Both the position numbers and the translations under genes were made by a program. 64,000 bases of DNA from an uncultured bacterium (GTDB lineage: Bacteria > RBG-13-66-14), in assembly GCA_964577465.1 (NCBI GenBank), contig CAZNZF010000001.1:68785-132784 (forward strand), in the 5' to 3' direction. Below are positions 39,875 through 52,973 of the stretch, in pieces. How positions within the stretch are numbered: the stretch's first letter is position 1; each line of letters begins with the position of its first letter. The notes under the pieces were generated by a model, which saw only the letters and a program-made list of their open reading frames with translations, was not told where the DNA came from and made no database searches.

Positions 39875-40774
39875 CTAAAAAACCTCGGCTATTTTAACCA
39901 CCTCGGCGATGCGGTTCCGGAAACGGTGCTTGGCGTGAGCGGCCGCGTAGCCCCGGCAGGCGATTTCGACCCGCTCCCGGTCGTGGGAGCGGTAGTACTC
40001 GAGCTTTTCGAGCGCCTCCTGCGGGGTGCGGTACGTCTCGCACTCCCGCCCCACCTCGAACCACGTCTCTATGCCCCGGACGTGGTTGGTCAGCAGGAAG
40101 CCGCCGGCCCCCAGGATGCGGTAATCCCTGGCGCTCATGGAGAGCTCGATCTGGGGAAAGGCGCTGTTGCCCAGGCAGACCTTCGACCGCCCCACGAAAT
40201 CGTTGTGCCGTTTATTGAAGAGCTTCAGCCCGTTCACGAGCTTCGACCGGTAGGGCCGGGCGCGGACCATGTCGAGCAGGGTCTTCCGCCGCCCGTACTC
40301 CTCGTGAAGCCCGTCCACGCTGCCCGCGAAGAATACGTCGTACCGAGTCTTCCTGCCGCCCCGCCGGAGCCGGTGAATCCGGTCGCAGCCCTCGGACAGC
40401 CAGTAGACGTGGGGGTTGCCGGAGCGCTCCCGGAATTCATCCAACTGGCCCTTGGCGATGGTGAACCAGAAATGGCAGCCGCGCATCAGCGGCATCAGGT
40501 GGTCCCAGGCGGCCGCGTCGGGCTGCACGTCCACGTTCCAGAAGCTCGTCAGGGCCGTCTCGCGCAGCTCCCCGACGATTCCGCAGTAGGGGAGGCTCCG
40601 GCTCATGAAGATGAGGTCGGGTCGGCGTGACCGGGCCAGCCCGAGGAACTTCTCCGGCCTCTCCACCTTCGGGTCGTGAACGCCCACGAGCTCGTGTCCC
40701 AGCTCCTCGAAGGCGTTCCTGACGTACACCCCCGTCATCCTGTCCCGCCGGGGGAATCCCAGTAAAACCCTCAT
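39875..40774 (-). CDS. CgeB-like/DUF3880-type glycosyltransferase (GT1-fold)
   Basis: General resemblance to spore-maturation CgeB-family glycosyltransferases (YDVFFAGS..., ...RIAEV). The assignment is tentative. Confidence 0.45.
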   Translation of the reverse strand: MRVLLGFPRRDRMTGVYVRNAFEELGHELVGVHDPKVERPEKFLGLARSRRPDLIFMSRSLPYCGIVGELRETALTSFWNVDVQPDAAAWDHLMPLMRGCHFWFTIAKGQLDEFRERSGNPHVYWLSEGCDRIHRLRRGGRKTRYDVFFAGSVDGLHEEYGRRKTLLDMVRARPYRSKLVNGLKLFNKRHNDFVGRSKVCLGNSAFPQIELSMSARDYRILGAGGFLLTNHVRGIETWFEVGRECETYRTPQEALEKLEYYRSHDRERVEIACRGYAAAHAKHRFRNRIAEVVKIAEVF

Positions 40775-40799
40775 TCCCGAACGCTCCCGTGCCGGGTAA

Positions 40800-41375
40800 T
40801 CATTCCAGGCGTCGTCGCAGGTAGCGGTTGTAGACCACCGCCGCGGGGTTGTGTCCCGTCACCCGGTCCTTGGCGATGAGCGTCACCACGGGGACCGACG
40901 AGCCCAGGCCCAGAAGGGCGTCATGCCCCACGCAGAGGCCGACGGAGCCGATGAGGCCCACGCCGTCCTCTTCGAGCTGCGCCGCCTGGCCCAGGGGGTT
41001 GCAGCTGGACTCGTCGGCGTCCCCATGAATCCGCGGATGGCCCAGCTCCTCTTTAGATAAAGCGCCCAGCTTGCAGCAGGCCGAGGCGACCTCGAAGCCG
41101 CGCCGCTCCAGGAACCCGGCGATGACGGCCGCCTCCTCGGCGGAGCCGATGCAGAAGGCGAGCCCGATTTTCTTCAGGCCCAGCTTCTGCGCCAGCAGGG
41201 CGAACTCCTCGATTCGGGTCAGGCGGCAGTAGCCCTCCGCCTCCACCTGCGCCGCGGCGTCGAAAAGGGGGCGCAGCTCCGGCGTGTACCGGGCGGCCAT
41301 CTCCTCTTGAGAAAAACCGCCGCAGTTCAGGCCCTCCCCGCAGCGGCGCCCGTATTCACACTCGTGACAGCGCAT
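40800..41375 (-). CDS. DUF1847-like Cys-rich metal-binding protein
   Basis: MRCHECEYGRRCGEGLNCGG at the N-terminus and GSVGLCVGHD later. Recalled family resemblance only. Confidence 0.45.
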   Translation of the reverse strand: MRCHECEYGRRCGEGLNCGGFSQEEMAARYTPELRPLFDAAAQVEAEGYCRLTRIEEFALLAQKLGLKKIGLAFCIGSAEEAAVIAGFLERRGFEVASACCKLGALSKEELGHPRIHGDADESSCNPLGQAAQLEEDGVGLIGSVGLCVGHDALLGLGSSVPVVTLIAKDRVTGHNPAAVVYNRYLRRRLE

Positions 41376-41384
41376 GTCCCCGCT

Positions 41385-41990
41385 CTACTTCAACGAGTAG
41401 TAATCGAGCTCCCAGAGCCATTCGGAGTTGTAGTCGTCGTCATCCCCGTCGATGGACACCCGGACTATACCCACGTTTTCCCCAAACCAGTAGTTCTCCT
41501 GGTACTCCGAATCGGACTCCTCGTCGGCCTTGTTCACCCCCACCAGGACCAGTCCGTCGAAATGCCCGGCCGGCAGGTCGAACTCCTCGTCCGTCCCCAT
41601 TATATGAGCGAACCAGACCTGACCGTCGTCGTCGGTGAACGTCCACTCTGTATCTACCTCGATGGGCGTCTTGAGGTAGGTTCGCCAGTTCTCCTCGTCC
41701 GCGGGCTTGGCCTGGAACTCGCCGTCGGCGGTGTGGCGCCAGAGCCACTCCTCCGTCGTGTCGCCCCAGTTCAACTCCACTTGCCACGCGCCGTCCTCCT
41801 GTCCGATTACCTTCCAGTTCAGCGGGTCGCCGTCTTCGGGCAGGTCCCAGGCGTAGTCCCACTCGTTGCCCTGGGCCAGGGGGACGTAGGCGTCCGTAGG
41901 GTTGGGCTCGGGCTCGGGGGTGGTGTTGGTGTCGCAGCCGGCGAAGAGGGCCGCCAGAACGGCCACGGAAAAGAGAAGCGTCCTTTTCAT
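41385..41990 (-). CDS. hypothetical acidic lipoprotein
   Basis: Lipobox LFAGCD. The ORF is W/D/E-rich and consistent with GC-biased codon use. Confidence 0.5.
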   Translation of the reverse strand: MKRTLLFSVAVLAALFAGCDTNTTPEPEPNPTDAYVPLAQGNEWDYAWDLPEDGDPLNWKVIGQEDGAWQVELNWGDTTEEWLWRHTADGEFQAKPADEENWRTYLKTPIEVDTEWTFTDDDGQVWFAHIMGTDEEFDLPAGHFDGLVLVGVNKADEESDSEYQENYWFGENVGIVRVSIDGDDDDYNSEWLWELDYYSLK

Positions 41991-42127
41991 CGAAACCTCG
42001 CGGTGGGATTAATTTTACCGCACGATGATACCAAGCCCGCCCCGCACTGGCAAGCCCCGCACTTGACACGCATGCCGCAGCGCGGGATATAATGGGAATG
42101 TACTGAGCACTCACCCCGCGAGGCGGC

Positions 42128-42820
42128 ATGCGACCCATCCTGACCCTCCTGCTCCTGGCGGCCGTCCCCACGGTGTCGAACGTAGCGCCGGGGCGCTGGG
42201 TCGAGGACCGCCCCGGCGGGGCGCCCACCGAGCACCCCACCGTGACCATGTCCGACGAGGAGGTCAGCGTCTTCTTCTGGGAGGACGTCGTCCTGGTCGA
42301 GACGTGGTACGACATGACCAGCACGGGGGCCGACGGCCCGACCCCGATGATGCTGCCCATGTACTTCATCTACCCCGACCAGGGCCCGGACGCGGACTTC
42401 GAGCCGTGGGTGCGGGTCAGCGTGAACGGGGAGGAGCTGGAAACGCGGGCCTACCTGCGGCCCCAGTTCGACGAGGCGGGGGAGTGGTCGGCGACGATGG
42501 TCATGGCGCTCTTCCGGTACGACTTCCCCGAAAATTCCACCACGCGGCTCGTCGCCACCTACCTGGCGCCTTACGTGTGGCGGGGGAACGGCGGCTGCTT
42601 CGAGTACCCCCTGGGCACGGGGGGCGGCTGGCACTCCCCCATCGGCCACGGCAAGTTGTACCTGCGTCCGGGGCCGGGGACCGACTGGGACGTGGTGGAG
42701 GATTTCGGCCAGAAAGAGCTGCCCGAGCCGACCTTCGACGGTGAGACGGCCGTCTGGGAGTTCACCGACCTGGAGCCACCGCCGGACACCTGCTACTGGC
42801 TCAGGGTGAAGGGGCCTTAA
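42128..42820 (+). CDS. hypothetical secreted protein
   Basis: Signal peptide MRPILTLLLLAAVPTVSNVA; it is divergent from the lipoprotein gene. Confidence 0.5.
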   Translation: MRPILTLLLLAAVPTVSNVAPGRWVEDRPGGAPTEHPTVTMSDEEVSVFFWEDVVLVETWYDMTSTGADGPTPMMLPMYFIYPDQGPDADFEPWVRVSVNGEELETRAYLRPQFDEAGEWSATMVMALFRYDFPENSTTRLVATYLAPYVWRGNGGCFEYPLGTGGGWHSPIGHGKLYLRPGPGTDWDVVEDFGQKELPEPTFDGETAVWEFTDLEPPPDTCYWLRVKGP

Positions 42821-42885
42821 TCAGTTTGGTGTTCCAAATTGGGAGGAACGCCGATAAGCAACCATATCCGCAGGATGAATTATCG

Positions 42886-42914
42886 AGAGCGGGGTAACGC
42901 CCCGCTTCTTTTAT
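42886..42914 (+). terminator. rho-independent terminator
   Basis: AGCGGGGTAACGCCCCGCT hairpin followed by TCTTTTA. Confidence 0.5.
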
Positions 42915-43044
42915 CGGACGCGGAACCTTGACCGGCGGGCGTTCCCGCTTCACCGAGGGGGTCCATCGGTCCCTGGTACACATCTTGCGTTCAAGGAAGC
43001 GCAACACTTTCCCCATTTAAACCGGTAATCCCCCCGCGAGGAAT

Positions 43045-43905
43045 ATGAAAAACGAAGCGAAGCGAGTTGCGCCCCGGCGAACCGAGCGAAGCGAGCTACG
43101 CCCCCGGCGAAACGTACTCATCATAGACGACGAGGAAGACCTCCTGGAGCCCCTGACCCTGGGCCTCGAGCAGCTCTCGCCGGAGTTCAGCTACACCGCC
43201 ACCTCCGACCCGGTGGAGGGGATGGTGCTGCTCGACCGCAACCCGGTGGACATCCTGGTCACCGACATGATAATGCCCTACGTCACCGGCCTGGACATCA
43301 TCGAGCAGGTCATCAACCATTTCCCACGGACCGCCTGCATCCTGATGACGGCCTACGGCTCGGCGGACATCGAGCTGATTCTGGACGAGTACTCGGTCAA
43401 CTACGTCGAGAAACCGCTGGACCTGGATGTGCTCCACCGGATGATCGTCAGCCTGAGCCGTGAACCCAAGGCCGTCACCGATCTCAGCGTGGTCACCCTT
43501 CCCACCTTCGTCCGGGTGCTGGCGGCGAAGGAGCTGACCTGCCGGGTCGACATCGAGTGCGAGGAGAAGAAGAGGAACGGGACACTGTTCTTCTCGCGGG
43601 GGGAGCTCTTCCACGCCAAGCTCGCCAATCTGTCGCCCGAGGCGGCGGTGGTGGCCATGCTGACCTGCGAAAAGGCGAAGATAACCATCCACCAGCTCAA
43701 GCACCCCTTCCACCGGAAAATCCATCGGAGCCTGGAGGAGATTCTGCACGTAACGTCGGGAGAGGAAGAGGGACCCTTCGCCGCCATCGGCGGTGCGGAT
43801 TCCCCCGACCAGACCGAAAACGGCTACGCCAACACCCAGGACCTCATCGGGCTGCTTTCTGCGGGCGTCACCCTGCGCTACAACCTGCTCCAACGGAAGG
43901 GATGA
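43045..43905 (+). CDS. response-regulator receiver domain protein with C-terminal DUF4388-like domain
   Basis: REC motifs are present (VLIIDDEED, ILVTDMIMP, ILMTAYGS). The first ~22 codons are encoded by the 33-nt repeat, so the true start is uncertain. Confidence 0.65.
   Translation: MKNEAKRVAPRRTERSELRPRRNVLIIDDEEDLLEPLTLGLEQLSPEFSYTATSDPVEGMVLLDRNPVDILVTDMIMPYVTGLDIIEQVINHFPRTACILMTAYGSADIELILDEYSVNYVEKPLDLDVLHRMIVSLSREPKAVTDLSVVTLPTFVRVLAAKELTCRVDIECEEKKRNGTLFFSRGELFHAKLANLSPEAAVVAMLTCEKAKITIHQLKHPFHRKIHRSLEEILHVTSGEEEGPFAAIGGADSPDQTENGYANTQDLIGLLSAGVTLRYNLLQRKG
43053..43113 (+). repeat. 1.8 tandem copies of 33-nt element (CGAAGCGAAGCGAGTTGCGCCCCGGCGA + ACCGAGCGAAGCGAGCTACGCCCCCGGCGAAAC)
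   Basis: Direct read. It matches the elements at 1072, 36541, 50667 (rc) and 51863 (rc). Confidence 0.7.
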
Positions 43906-43956
43906 GACCGGTCCAGACGCGAAAAAGGAACGCCCGGCGGCGTTCCCATCAATAAA

Positions 43957-43980
43957 GGCAAGGGGCTTAAGCCCCTTGTC
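43957..43980. repeat. palindromic element GGCAAGGGGCTTAAGCCCCTTGTC (bidirectional terminator-like)
   Basis: Perfect palindrome between the convergent RR gene and rpoD. Confidence 0.65.
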
Positions 43981-43993
43981 TATTTATTTCGGG

Positions 43994-45820
<1,827 letters not shown>

Positions 45821-46164
45821 ACCGAACCGGTTGCCGTATCTTCAAGAGCGGGCAATGATAAGAAAATACCTGTAGCGAAACAAGGGGGATTTCCGGGGGG
45901 TTATCGGGGATTGTGAAAGTAATAACTCGCGGAAGATAAATAAGTTACATTTTATTTTGCGACCCGCACCACTAAAAAAGCCGCATTTTTTACTCACGGT
46001 AAGTATAGCCGGAGTCGAACTTAAATTCCAAGGAATCCCCCGACGTTAACCCTTTTAAGTCAACGAGATGACGTTAAAATGACACGGCAGCGGCCGGGAG
46101 GGCCCGACCGAATTGCGTAATGCTATGTAATTATACGACTTCTACTGACGCAAAATCCGCGCGT

Positions 46165-47928
46165 CTACTCCTCCTCCACCTTCAGGCCGTCGATGCGGGC
46201 CAGGAGCTTCCGGTAGCGCTCCTCGTCCCCCCTCCGGTACGCCTCCTTCAGCTCCGCCTTCAACCGGATGATCTCGGTCTCGAGGTTGCGGCGGCGGAAG
46301 GCGCCCAGGCAGTCCACGACGGCCCTCTCCCGCTCCTCCTCGTCCAGTTCCATCGCCATCACCCGAAAGAAGGCCTCCCGCACGGTCGGTTCCAGCTTCT
46401 GTGCCGCGGGGCCGACGTCGGCGAGCCTCCCCTCCCGAACCGCCTCGTAGGCAGGCTCCACGGCGGGGCGGATGGATTCGGGGAATTCCACCGGCCGGAT
46501 TTCCCCGACCACCCGTCCGGCCCGTTCCCGGTCGTTGAACAGGAGGAAGAGGAGCAGCCGCACGCCCTGATCGAGAGGGGCCGGCCTGACCCGCCTCGAC
46601 GCGGCGCCCCGGTCGCCGGAGGCCGCCCTCGTCTCGCGGACGGCGCTCCGCAGAGCCTGGCGCAGGGATTTGTTGCTCACCCCGAGCTTGTCGGCGAAGC
46701 GGTCGATGAGCACGTCCCGGGCTATGCTCCCCGTGAGGACGAAGAGGTGCCCGGCCAGCTCCTCGATGAGCTTTCCCCGGCCGAGGGCTTCCGCCGGGTC
46801 GTGCCGGTCGAGGAGCGTGCGGACGAGGAACTCCTCCAGCCCGAGGGCGCCGTCGAGGACCGCGGACAGCGCGGCGGGGCCTTCCTCCCGAATCACGTCG
46901 TCGGGGTCCTTCCCCGAGGGGGGGGTGGCCACCCGCACCGCCAGCCCGGCGTTGACCAGGTGCAACAGGGAACGGAGGGCGGCCGCTTGTCCGGCGGAAT
47001 CGCCGTCGAAGAGCACGACCACACCTTTATTGGCGGCAAACCGGCCCAGGAGCTTGGCCTGCTCCTCTGTGAGCGCGGTGCCCAACGGGGCGACCGCCGC
47101 GGCGAACCCGGCGCCGTGGAGGCTGACCACGTCCAGGTAGCCCTCGACCAGCAGGGCCGGGGAATCGCGCAGGGCCTTGCGGGCCAGGTCCAGGCCGTAG
47201 AGCACCGAGCCCTTGTGGTAGGTCGGCGACTCCGGCGAGTTGACGTACTTGGGGGTATCGGGGGCGTCGGATAGGTCCCGGCCGCCGAAGCCGATGACCC
47301 GGCCCCGCGGGTCGCGGACGGGGAAGACCAGCCTGTCCCGCAGCCGGTCGTAGAGCCCGCCCGACTTGCCCCGCGTACAGAGCCCGGCTGCCAGGAGAAG
47401 CTCGGGTCGGACGCCGTCCTTGGGGAGCCGCTTGGCCAGGAAATCCCACTCGGGCGGCGCGTAGCCCAGGCCGAAGGCGGCCTGCATCTCCGCGGAAACC
47501 CTGCGCCGAGCGAGGAACTCGCGGCCCTTGACCCCGGCCGCCGAGGTCAACAGGCGCTGGTAGAGCGTGGTCGCCCGTTCGAGGGTCCGGTAGGCGTCGT
47601 CCCGCTCCCCGCGGCGCTCCCCGGTGCGGTCCGCGGTCTCGGTGATTTCGACGTTGAACTTGCGCGCCAGATGCCGCACCGCTTCGAGGAAGTCCATCTT
47701 CTCTATTTCCATGACGAAGCTGAACACGTCGCCGCCCACGCCGCAGCCGAAGCAGTGGTAGAACTGGCGCACGGCGTGGACGTTGAAGGAAGGGGTCTTC
47801 TCCTCGTGGAAGGGGCAGAGGCCGACGTAGTTCTGGCCGCGGCGCTTGAGCTGGACGTACTCGCCCACCACGGTGACGATGTCGGCCGCCCGTCGGACCC
47901 GTTCGAGGCTGGCGTCGTCTATAGCCAT
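46165..47928 (-). CDS. dnaG: DNA primase
   Basis: Zinc-binding CPFHEEKTPSF...CFGCG, the Toprim domain, and its position upstream of rpoD. Confidence 0.9.
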   Translation of the reverse strand: MAIDDASLERVRRAADIVTVVGEYVQLKRRGQNYVGLCPFHEEKTPSFNVHAVRQFYHCFGCGVGGDVFSFVMEIEKMDFLEAVRHLARKFNVEITETADRTGERRGERDDAYRTLERATTLYQRLLTSAAGVKGREFLARRRVSAEMQAAFGLGYAPPEWDFLAKRLPKDGVRPELLLAAGLCTRGKSGGLYDRLRDRLVFPVRDPRGRVIGFGGRDLSDAPDTPKYVNSPESPTYHKGSVLYGLDLARKALRDSPALLVEGYLDVVSLHGAGFAAAVAPLGTALTEEQAKLLGRFAANKGVVVLFDGDSAGQAAALRSLLHLVNAGLAVRVATPPSGKDPDDVIREEGPAALSAVLDGALGLEEFLVRTLLDRHDPAEALGRGKLIEELAGHLFVLTGSIARDVLIDRFADKLGVSNKSLRQALRSAVRETRAASGDRGAASRRVRPAPLDQGVRLLLFLLFNDRERAGRVVGEIRPVEFPESIRPAVEPAYEAVREGRLADVGPAAQKLEPTVREAFFRVMAMELDEEERERAVVDCLGAFRRRNLETEIIRLKAELKEAYRRGDEERYRKLLARIDGLKVEEE

Positions 47929-50277
<2,349 letters not shown>

Positions 50278-50351
50278 GCGTATATCCGCGACGACTGAAT
50301 CTTAAAAAAGGGCGGACGACCGCCCGGCGGGAAAGGGGTGCGGTCCGGCGG

Positions 50352-50753
50352 TCAGGAGAGGAGCCCGGTGAGCTCCCCGATGGCGTTCTTCGTGGCCCGG
50401 CGGTAGGGGCGGCTGCGCGGAAAAACGGCGGCCAGGACGTAATCCACGCCGTCCATGAGGAAGAAGCGGAAGCAGTACTTCATCCCCCCCACGGACGTGG
50501 CCAGAATCTCATCCAGCTCGACCCCGGAGGAGTCCCGGCGGAGCTCGGCGATGGGGGTCTGGAGCTGGAGGGAGATGAGGTTGAGGAGGTCCACGTGCCC
50601 ACCCCGGCCCCAGGAGCAGATGACGAGCCCGTCCTCGCCCACCAGGGCGACCTCCTCGAAGGCCGATTTCGCCGGGGGCGTAGCTCGCTTCGCTCGGTTT
50701 TCCCCGATGCGCGTCAGTACCGCGGCGATGCGGTCGTAGAGGCTTTCCGTCAA
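50352..50753 (-). CDS. Roadblock/LC7-domain protein carrying an in-frame 33-nt repeat insertion
   Basis: Size and pattern of Roadblock/MglB-like proteins. Codons for ENRAKRATPPAK correspond exactly to the repeat at 50667-50699. TTG start. Confidence 0.5.
   Translation of the reverse strand: MTESLYDRIAAVLTRIGENRAKRATPPAKSAFEEVALVGEDGLVICSWGRGGHVDLLNLISLQLQTPIAELRRDSSGVELDEILATSVGGMKYCFRFFLMDGVDYVLAAVFPRSRPYRRATKNAIGELTGLLS
50667..50699 (-). repeat. 33-nt repeat element (reverse orientation) inside Roadblock CDS
   Basis: TTTCGCCGGGGGCGTAGCTCGCTTCGCTCGGTT is the reverse complement of AACCGAGCGAAGCGAGCTACGCCCCCGGCGAAA. Confidence 0.75.
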
Positions 50754-50861
50754 CGGGACCTCCTTAGAGCAGCTCCCCGCGCCCTCTTCGTCGGCAATCC
50801 AGTCCCGTAGGGGCGACCGTCCACGGTCGCCCGCAGACGGATAATCCGTCTTGCCCCAACC

Positions 50862-51896
50862 TCACAGCAGCTCCCCGCGCCCGGATTTCCGGTAGATGTG
50901 GAAGAAGAAAGGTCCTCCGGCCAGGGCCAGCGCCGCCCCCAGCGGCAGGGACGGCAGATGGAGGTACACCAGGGCCAGCCGCACGAGGTTGTCCGCGGCT
51001 AATACTAGCACAGCCCCCACCAGGGCCGCCAGCGGGAACATGCGCCTATGCCCGGCGCCGACGGTCACGCGGACCAGGTGCGGGGCCACCAGACCGACGA
51101 AGGGAACGATGCCGGCGAAGGCGGTCACTGCAGCGGTGGCGAGCGCGGCGGCCAGGAGGATACCGCGACGGGTTCGCGCGAGCTCCACGCCCAGGGAGTG
51201 GGCCTGCGCCTCCCCCAGGGCCATGGCGTCCAAGGCCGGGGCGCGCAGGAAGAGGTACACCCCGGAGGCGGCGACGAGAACGGCCGTGATTGCGAGCGGC
51301 CACCACTCCACGTAGGGGGTGGATAAATCGCCCAGGAGCCAGGCCAACACCGCCCCCTGGCTGAACACCGGCAGCCAGGCCAGAATGACCAGAATCACGC
51401 CCGACAGGGTGGCGTTGGTCACCACGCCGGCCACGATGAGCCCCGAGCGCGAGCCCCTCTCCCGTCCGGCCAAGCCCCAGACGGCGAGCGCCGCGCCCAG
51501 ACCCCCGCCGAAGGCGAAGAGCTGGCGGCCGAGGCTGCCTAGGAGCCCCGCGCCCAGGCCGAGGAGCGCCGCCAGAGCGACGCCCGTCCCGGCCCCGGCG
51601 CTGACGCCGGTGAGGAAGGGGTCGGCCAGGGGATTGCGCGTCAATCCCTGCAGGGCGGCTCCGGCCATACCCAGGGCCGCGCCCACCAACAGGCCCAGGA
51701 GGGTCCGTCCGAGACGCAGGACGAAGATGCCCGTGAGCAGCGGGTCGGAGCCCGCGAGGAGCCGGGCGCACTCGCCGGGGCCGAGACCCGGTCCCACGAA
51801 AAGACCGACGAAGATCCCGCCCGCGCCGAGAAGAACCAGAAACGCCACGGATGCGCGTCTATTCGCCGGCGGCGTAGCTCGCTTCGCTCGGTTCAT
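50862..51896 (-). CDS. FecCD-family ABC transporter permease (iron-siderophore/cobalamin type)
   Basis: A polytopic membrane protein with the FecCD signature (GAALGMAGAALQGLTRNPLADPFLTGVSAGAG). The first 11 codons (MNRAKRATPPA) are encoded by the repeat at 51863-51893. Confidence 0.75.
   Translation of the reverse strand: MNRAKRATPPANRRASVAFLVLLGAGGIFVGLFVGPGLGPGECARLLAGSDPLLTGIFVLRLGRTLLGLLVGAALGMAGAALQGLTRNPLADPFLTGVSAGAGTGVALAALLGLGAGLLGSLGRQLFAFGGGLGAALAVWGLAGRERGSRSGLIVAGVVTNATLSGVILVILAWLPVFSQGAVLAWLLGDLSTPYVEWWPLAITAVLVAASGVYLFLRAPALDAMALGEAQAHSLGVELARTRRGILLAAALATAAVTAFAGIVPFVGLVAPHLVRVTVGAGHRRMFPLAALVGAVLVLAADNLVRLALVYLHLPSLPLGAALALAGGPFFFHIYRKSGRGELL
51863..51893 (-). repeat. 33-nt repeat element (reverse orientation) forming the 5-prime end of the permease ORF
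   Basis: TTCGCCGGCGGCGTAGCTCGCTTCGCTCGGTT. Confidence 0.7.
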
Positions 51897-52087
51897 ACGC
51901 GACCAATCCTACGGGCCGCCGGGGCGTCAAGTCAAGTGTCGCGGCTTCGACCGCAGACTAACGAGGAACCGTATACAAAAAACCAAGACATCGGGCCTTG
52001 GTCGGTCGTGTTTCGTTCGATCTATTTTCGGGATTGGGCACCGTCCGCGTAAAGCCTCGGCCGGTTCGGTCTCGCCGGGCTTCCCGC

Positions 52088-52795
52088 TCAGCTCCGCAGA
52101 AGGTTTAACAGCCGGTTCAGCTTCCTATCCCGGGAGAGCTTGCGGTGGTTGAATTTCCACGCGTACTCGGCGAGGTACAGGGGGAGACGGTTGTAGCGGA
52201 TTCCGCCCCTCCCGACCAGGTTTTCCTTGAGGTAGGACCAGAAGCTCGTGAGCAGTTCAATTTGACCTTCTGCTCCAATTTGACACACTTCATTCACACA
52301 CCCCTCTTCGGATTCGCCCTTGGGCAGCCACCGCACGATGGACAGGGAGACGGGCTCCGACTTCATTTTCGACAACAGGAGCGACCGGCCCTCGGCGGGC
52401 AGCGCCGTTGCGTAGACCGTTTTACCCTGTACTATTAAAATATAGAGAGGCCGTTTACGCGTATTTTCCAACGGAAAAGCACTTGAAACGCTTTCAAGGG
52501 CTTCTTCCGTATGCCTCGTTAAAATACCTTGTTGGGATTCCGTTATCGCCCGGCGGAGAACCTGTAGTGACCTCAATACACGGCGTCTTTCTATATGCGT
52601 TTCAGTCGCAATATAATTACTGCTATTGTCATTGATAAACTGTCGAATAATCGCCTCCCACTGCTCCGTGCGCAACCTGAGCGGAAGCTGATCCGGCTTC
52701 CACTCGTACCGACAGGCGCTGCACATGAGCTTGTCCCGGCGTACGCGGTACAGTTTAGAGTTTCCGCACCTGGGGCATATACTATTGGAAATCAT
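52088..52795 (-). mobile_element. IS1595-family-like transposase ORF (probably truncated or degenerate) in a lower-GC island
   Basis: N-terminal zinc ribbon CPRCGNSKLYRVRRDKLMCSACRY. The C-terminal LYLAEYAWKFNHRK resembles the conserved IS1595 tail, but the middle is too short for a full DDE domain. Local GC is visibly lower than in the flanks. Confidence 0.5.
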
Positions 52796-52973
52796 AGCGA
52801 TATGGGTGGCTGAACTGGAACTATGTCAATATGATACGCATAACTGGGCACAGATTCCGAATGTTATATTAGTATGACCCCGGTGTCAACTATTGTCTGC
52901 ACCTCTTGACAACGAGGACGCCCGCTGGTAGTTTTTACGGCTTGCTAAGTGCAACTTGTATACCAGAGGCCGG

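Noticed and set aside
51897-52087. Possible cobalamin riboswitch upstream of the FecCD (BtuC-like) permease.
   Set aside because: Reading the minus strand I could not find a B12 box (AGYCMGGAAGACCUGCC-like) or the GCCACUG motif. Only a vague GGTGCCCAATCCC resemblance was seen. A proper test is cmscan with RF00174.
52884-52918. Terminal inverted repeats of the IS1595-like element.
   Set aside because: Only short GTCAA/TTGAC words and an imperfect direct (not inverted) repeat were found by eye. I cannot define IS ends without an alignment.
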